A stretch of 64,000 nucleotides of DNA. It comes from Auanema rhodensis. Lineage: Eukaryota; Animalia; Nematoda. The stretch spans positions 1 through 64,000 of the forward strand of contig CAXKVF010000093.1 of assembly GCA_964057225.1 (NCBI GenBank), written 5' to 3'. Position numbers and translations under genes: made by a program. Below the pieces are notes generated by a model. That model did no database searches and was not told the origin of the DNA. It worked only from the letters and a program-made list of their open reading frames with translations. This document shows positions 59,601-64,000 of the stretch, one piece after another; the stretch's first letter is position 1, and each line of letters begins with the position of its first letter.

Positions 59601-61245
59601 ACATGGGGAATCTAATTTTGAAAACCGCATCTCTTTATCTTTCACGTGAAGCGAGTTACATACCAAGTGCACATCACGTGTACATTTAATTAGCATAAAT
59701 TAAAGTTCACGTAAATTTCAAAGTCATGGTTACCATGCACCAATATCAATAAAAATTTGTTTTTAAACTAATATGGACATGGGGAATCTAATTTTGAAAA
59801 CCGCATCTCTTTATCTTTCACGTGAAGCGAGTTACATACCAAGTGCACATCACGTGTACATTTAATTAGCATAAATTAAAGTTCACGTAAATTTCAAAGT
59901 CATGGTTACCATGCACCAATATCAATAAAAATTTGTTTTTAGACTAATATGGACATGGGGAATCTAATTTTGAAAACCGCATCTCTTTATCTTTCACGTG
60001 AAGCGAGTTACATACCAAGTGCACATCACGTGTACATTTAATTAGCATAAATTAAAGTTCACGTAAATTTCAAAGTCATGGTTACCATGCACCAATATGA
60101 ATAAAAATTTGTTTTTAGACTAATATGGACATGGGGAATCTAATTTTGAAAACCGCATCTCCTTATCTTTCACGTGAAGCGAGTTACATACCAAGTGCAC
60201 ATCACGTGTACATTTAATTAGCATAAATTAAAGTTCACGTAAATTTCAAAGTCATGGTTACCATGCACCAATATCAATAAAAATTTGTTTTTAGACTAAT
60301 ATGGACATGGGGAATCTAATTTTGAAAACCGCATCTCTTTATCTTTCACGTGAAGCGAGTTACATACCAAGTGCACATCACGTGTACATTTAATTAGCAT
60401 TAATTAAAGTTCACGTAAATTTCAAAGTCATGGTTACCATGAACCAATATCAATAAAAATTTGTTTTTAGACTAATATGGACATGGGGAATCTAATTTTG
60501 AAAACCGCATCTCTTTATCTTTCACGTGAAGCGAGTTACATACCAAGTGCACATCACGTGTACATTTAATTAGCATAAATTAAAGTTCACGTAAATTTCA
60601 AAGTCATGGTTACCATGCACCAATATCAATAAAAATTTGTTTTTAGACTAATATGGACATGGGGAATCTAATTTTGAAAACCGCATCTCTTTATCTTTCA
60701 CGTGAAGCGAGTTACATACCAAGTGCACATCACGTGTACATTTAATTAGCATAAATTAAAGTTCACGTAAATTTCAAAGTCATGGTTACCATGCACCAAT
60801 ATCAATAAAAATTTGTTTTTAAACTAATATGGACATGGGGAATCTAATTTTGAAAACCGCATCTCTTTATCTTTCACGTGAAGCGAGTTACATACCAAGT
60901 GCACATCACGTGTACATTTAATTAGCATAAATTAAAGTTCACGTAAATTTCAAAGTCATGGTTACCATGCACCAATATGAATAAAAATTTGTTTTTAGAC
61001 TAATATGGACATGGGGAATCTAATTTTGAAAACCGCATCTCCTTATCTTTCACGTGAAGCGAGTTACATACCAAGTGCACATCACGTGTACATTTAATTA
61101 GCATAAATTAAAGTTCACGTAAATTTCAAAGTCATGGTTACCATGCACCAATATCAATAAAAATTTGTTTTTAGACTAATATGGACATGGGGAATCTAAT
61201 TTTGAAAACCGCATCTCTTTATCTTTCACGTGAAGCGAGTTACAT

Positions 61246-61340
61246 ACCAAGTACACATCACGTGTACATTTAATTAGCATTAATTAAAGAATTAAAGTGA
61301 AAACCGCATCTCTTTATCTTTCACGTGAAGCGAGTTACAT
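61246..61340 (+). other. Truncated 95-bp monomer: 89-bp deletion (monomer about 46-134) with an 8-bp tandem duplication AATTAAAG
   Basis: The sequence reads ...GCATT-AATTAAAG-AATTAAAG-T-GAAAACCGC (61277-61307). 176-89+8=95 matches the spacing to the next monomer start at 61341. Confidence 0.95.
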
Positions 61341-63084
61341 ACCAAGTGCACATCACGTGTACATTTAATTAGCATTAATTAAAGTTCACGTAAATTTAAA
61401 AGTCATGGTTACCATGAACCAATATCAATAAAAATTTGTTTTTAGACTAATATGGACATGGGGAATCTAATTTTGAAAACCGCATCTCTTTATCTTTCAC
61501 GTGAAGCGAGTTACATACCAAGTGCACATCACGTGTACATTTAATTAGCATAAATTAAAGTTCACGTAAATTTCAAAGTCATGGTTACCATGCACCAATA
61601 TCAATAAAAATTTGTTTTTAGACTAATATGGACATGGGGAATCTAATTTTGAAAACCGCATCTCCTTATCTTTCACGTGAAGCGAGTTACATACCAAGTG
61701 CACATCACGTGTACATTTAATTAGCATAAATTAAAGTTCACGTAAATTTCAAAGTCATGGTTACCATGCACCAATATCAATAAAAATTTGTTTTTAGACT
61801 AATATGGACATGGGGAATCTAATTTTGAAAACCGCATCTCTTTATCTTTCACGTGAAGCGAGTTACATACCAAGTGCACATCACGTGTACATTTAATTAG
61901 CATTAATTAAAGTTCACGTAAATTTAAAAGTCATGGTTACCATGAACCAATATCAATAAAAATTTGTTTTTAGACTAATATGGACATGGGGAATCTAATT
62001 TTGAAAACCGCATCTCTTTATCTTTCACGTGAAGCGAGTTACATACCAAGTGCACATCACGTGTACATTTAATTAGCATAAATTAAAGTTCACGTAAATT
62101 TCAAAGTCATGGTTACCATGCACCAATATCAATAAAAATTTGTTTTTAGACTAATATGGACATGGGGAATCTAATTTTGAAAACCGCATCTCTTTATCTT
62201 TCACGTGAAGCGAGTTACATACTAAGTGCACATCACGTGTACATTTAATTAGCATAAATTAAAGTTCACGTAAATTTCAAAGTCATGGTTACCATGAACC
62301 AATATCAATAAAAATTTGTTTTTAGACTAATATGGACATGGGGAATCTAATTTTGAAAACCGCATCTCTTTATCTTTCACGTGAAGCGAGTTACATACCA
62401 AGTGCACATCACGTGTACATTTAATTAGCATAAATTAAAGTTCACGTAAATTTCAAAGTCATGGTTACCATGAACCAATATCAATAAAAATTTGTTTTTA
62501 GACTAATATGGACATGGGGAATCTAATATTGAAAACCGAATCTCTTTATCTTTCACGTGAAGCGAGTTACATACCAAGTGCACATCACGTGTACATTTAA
62601 TTAGCATAAATTAAAGTTCACGTAAATTTCAAAGTCATGGTTACCATGCACCAATATCAATAAAAATTTGTTTTTAGACTAATATGGACATGGGGAATCT
62701 AATTTTGAAAACCGCATCTCTTTATCTTTCACGTGAAGCGAGTTACATACCAAGTGCACATCACGTGTACATTTAATTAGCATAAATTAAAGTTCACGTA
62801 AATTTCAAAGTCATGGTTACCATGCACCAATATCAATAAAAATTTGTTTTTAGACTAATATGGACATGGGGAATCTAATTTTGAAAACCGCATCTCTTTA
62901 TCTTTCACGTGAAGCGAGTTACATACCAAGTGCACATCACGTGTACATTTAATTAGCATAAATTAAAGTTCACGTAAATTTCAAAGTCATGGTTACCATG
63001 CACCAATATCAATAAAAATTTGTTTTTAGACTAATATGGACATGGGGAATCTAATTTTGAAAACCGCATCTCTTCATCTTTCAC

Positions 63085-63126
63085 GTGAAGCGAGTTACAT
63101 ACCAAGTGAAGCGAGTTACATACCAA
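63085..63126 (+). repeat. 21-bp tandem duplication GTGAAGCGAGTTACATACCAA x2 across a monomer junction
   Basis: Copies at 63085-63105 and 63106-63126, followed by GTG, which gives a 3-bp microhomology. The register shifts by +21. Confidence 0.96.
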
Positions 63127-64000
63127 GTGCACATCACGTGTACATTTAATTAGCATAAATTAAAGTTCACGTAAATTTCAAAGTCATGGTTACCATGCAC
63201 CAATATCAATAAAAATTTGTTTTTAGACTAATATGGACATGGGGAATCTAATTTTGAAAACCGCATCTCTTTATCTTTCACGTGAAGCGAGTTACATACC
63301 AAGTGCACATCACGTGTACATTTAATTAGCATAAATTAAAGTTCACGTAAATTTCAAAGTCATGGTTACCATGAACCAATATCAATAAAAATTTGTTTTT
63401 AGACTAATATGGACATGGGGAATCTAATTTTGAAAACCGCATCTCTTTATCTTTCACGTGAAGCGAGTTACATACCAAGTGCACATCACGTGTACATTTA
63501 ATTAGCATTAATTAAAGTTCACGTAAATTTCAAAGTCATGGTTACCATGAACCAATATCAATAAAAATTTGTTTTTAGACTAATATGGACATGGGGAATC
63601 TAATTTTGAAAACCGCATCTCTTTATCTTTCACGTGAAGCGAGTTACATACCAAGTGCACATCACGTGTACATTTAATTAGCATAAATTAAAGTTCACGT
63701 AAATTTCAAAGTCATGGTTACCATGAACCAATATCAATAAAAATTTGTTTTTAGACTAATATGGACATGGGGAATCTAATTTTGAAAACCGCATCTCTTT
63801 ATCTTTCACGTGAAGCGAGTTACATACCAAGTGCACATCACGTGTACATTTAATTAGCATAAATTAAAGTTCACGTAAATTTCAAAGTCATGGTTACCAT
63901 GCACCAATATCAATAAAAATTTGTTTTTAGACTAATATGGACATGGGGAATCTAATTTTGAAAACCGCATCTCTTTATCTTTCACGTGAAGCGAGTTACA

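Larger units (their letters stand above)
1..64000 (+). repeat. Tandem satellite DNA array, 176-bp monomer, 364 copies (last copy lacks its final base); putative centromeric/pericentromeric satellite
   Basis: ACCAAGTGCAC recurs at 1, 177, 353 and so on. The register shifts only at five indels (-1, -1, -1, -81, +21), and (64000+63)/176 is about 364. The monomer has 57/176 G+C. The array runs off both window edges. The array call is certain; the centromeric role is inferred from monomer size, homogeneity and dyads. Confidence 0.99.

Noticed and set aside
59514-59696. 60-aa minus-strand ORF MLIKCTRD...
   Set aside because: Each monomer has the same frame ending at TAG after ...SPCPY. A single c107a change at 59592 turns TAG into TAT in one copy. 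It is a chance read-through in satellite DNA with no recognisable domain.
1-64000. CRISPR array
   Set aside because: There are no unique spacers; the full 176 bp repeats, and no cas genes are present.
1-64000. Tandem 5S rRNA, tRNA, snRNA or spliced-leader gene array
   Set aside because: I see no recognisable 5S or tRNA sequence, Pol III A/B/C boxes or cloverleaf, and GC content is low. An Rfam/Infernal scan would close this formally.
1-64000. A single fixed HOR, or a code-like pattern in the c77a alternation
   Set aside because: Periods vary locally (3, 5, 6, 8, 12, 19-21, 35-36 monomers) and are explained by successive local duplications.
1-64000. Embedded transposon, inversion or telomeric repeat
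   Set aside because: None seen. The monomer register accounts for the full window length after the five indels, and all units read in the same orientation.

Overview
The whole 64-kb window is one uninterrupted, single-orientation, head-to-tail satellite array: 364 copies of a 176-bp monomer with about 32% GC. The consensus is positions 1-176: ACCAAGTGCACATCACGTGTACATTTAATTAGCATAAATTAAAGTTCACGTAAATTTCAAAGTCATGGTTACCATGCACCAATATCAATAAAAATTTGTTTTTAGACTAATATGGACATGGGGAATCTAATTTTGAAAACCGCATCTCTTTATCTTTCACGTGAAGCGAGTTACAT. Most copies differ from it by 0-3 substitutions. I see no genes, RNA genes, transposons, inversions or CRISPR spacers, and the one listed ORF is a chance stop-codon loss. Monomer length, AT richness, homogeneity and dyad density fit a eukaryotic centromeric or pericentromeric satellite (inference). 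I cannot name the family or species. The informative structure is in the variants: (i) nested, local, irregular higher-order duplications (3- to 36-mers) instead of one fixed HOR; (ii) layered variant domains along the array; (iii) only five length changes, including an 89-bp deletion with an 8-bp templated duplication next to a perfected hairpin, and a 21-bp microhomology-flanked duplication; (iv) many variants that perfect or extend the monomer's quasi-palindromes; (v) a CENP-B-box-like 17-mer overlapping a TTCACGTGAA palindrome, plus three CACGT cores spaced about 3 helical turns apart; (vi) no sign of CpG decay. Variant names such as c77a use monomer coordinates. All variants were read by eye, so counts are approximate.
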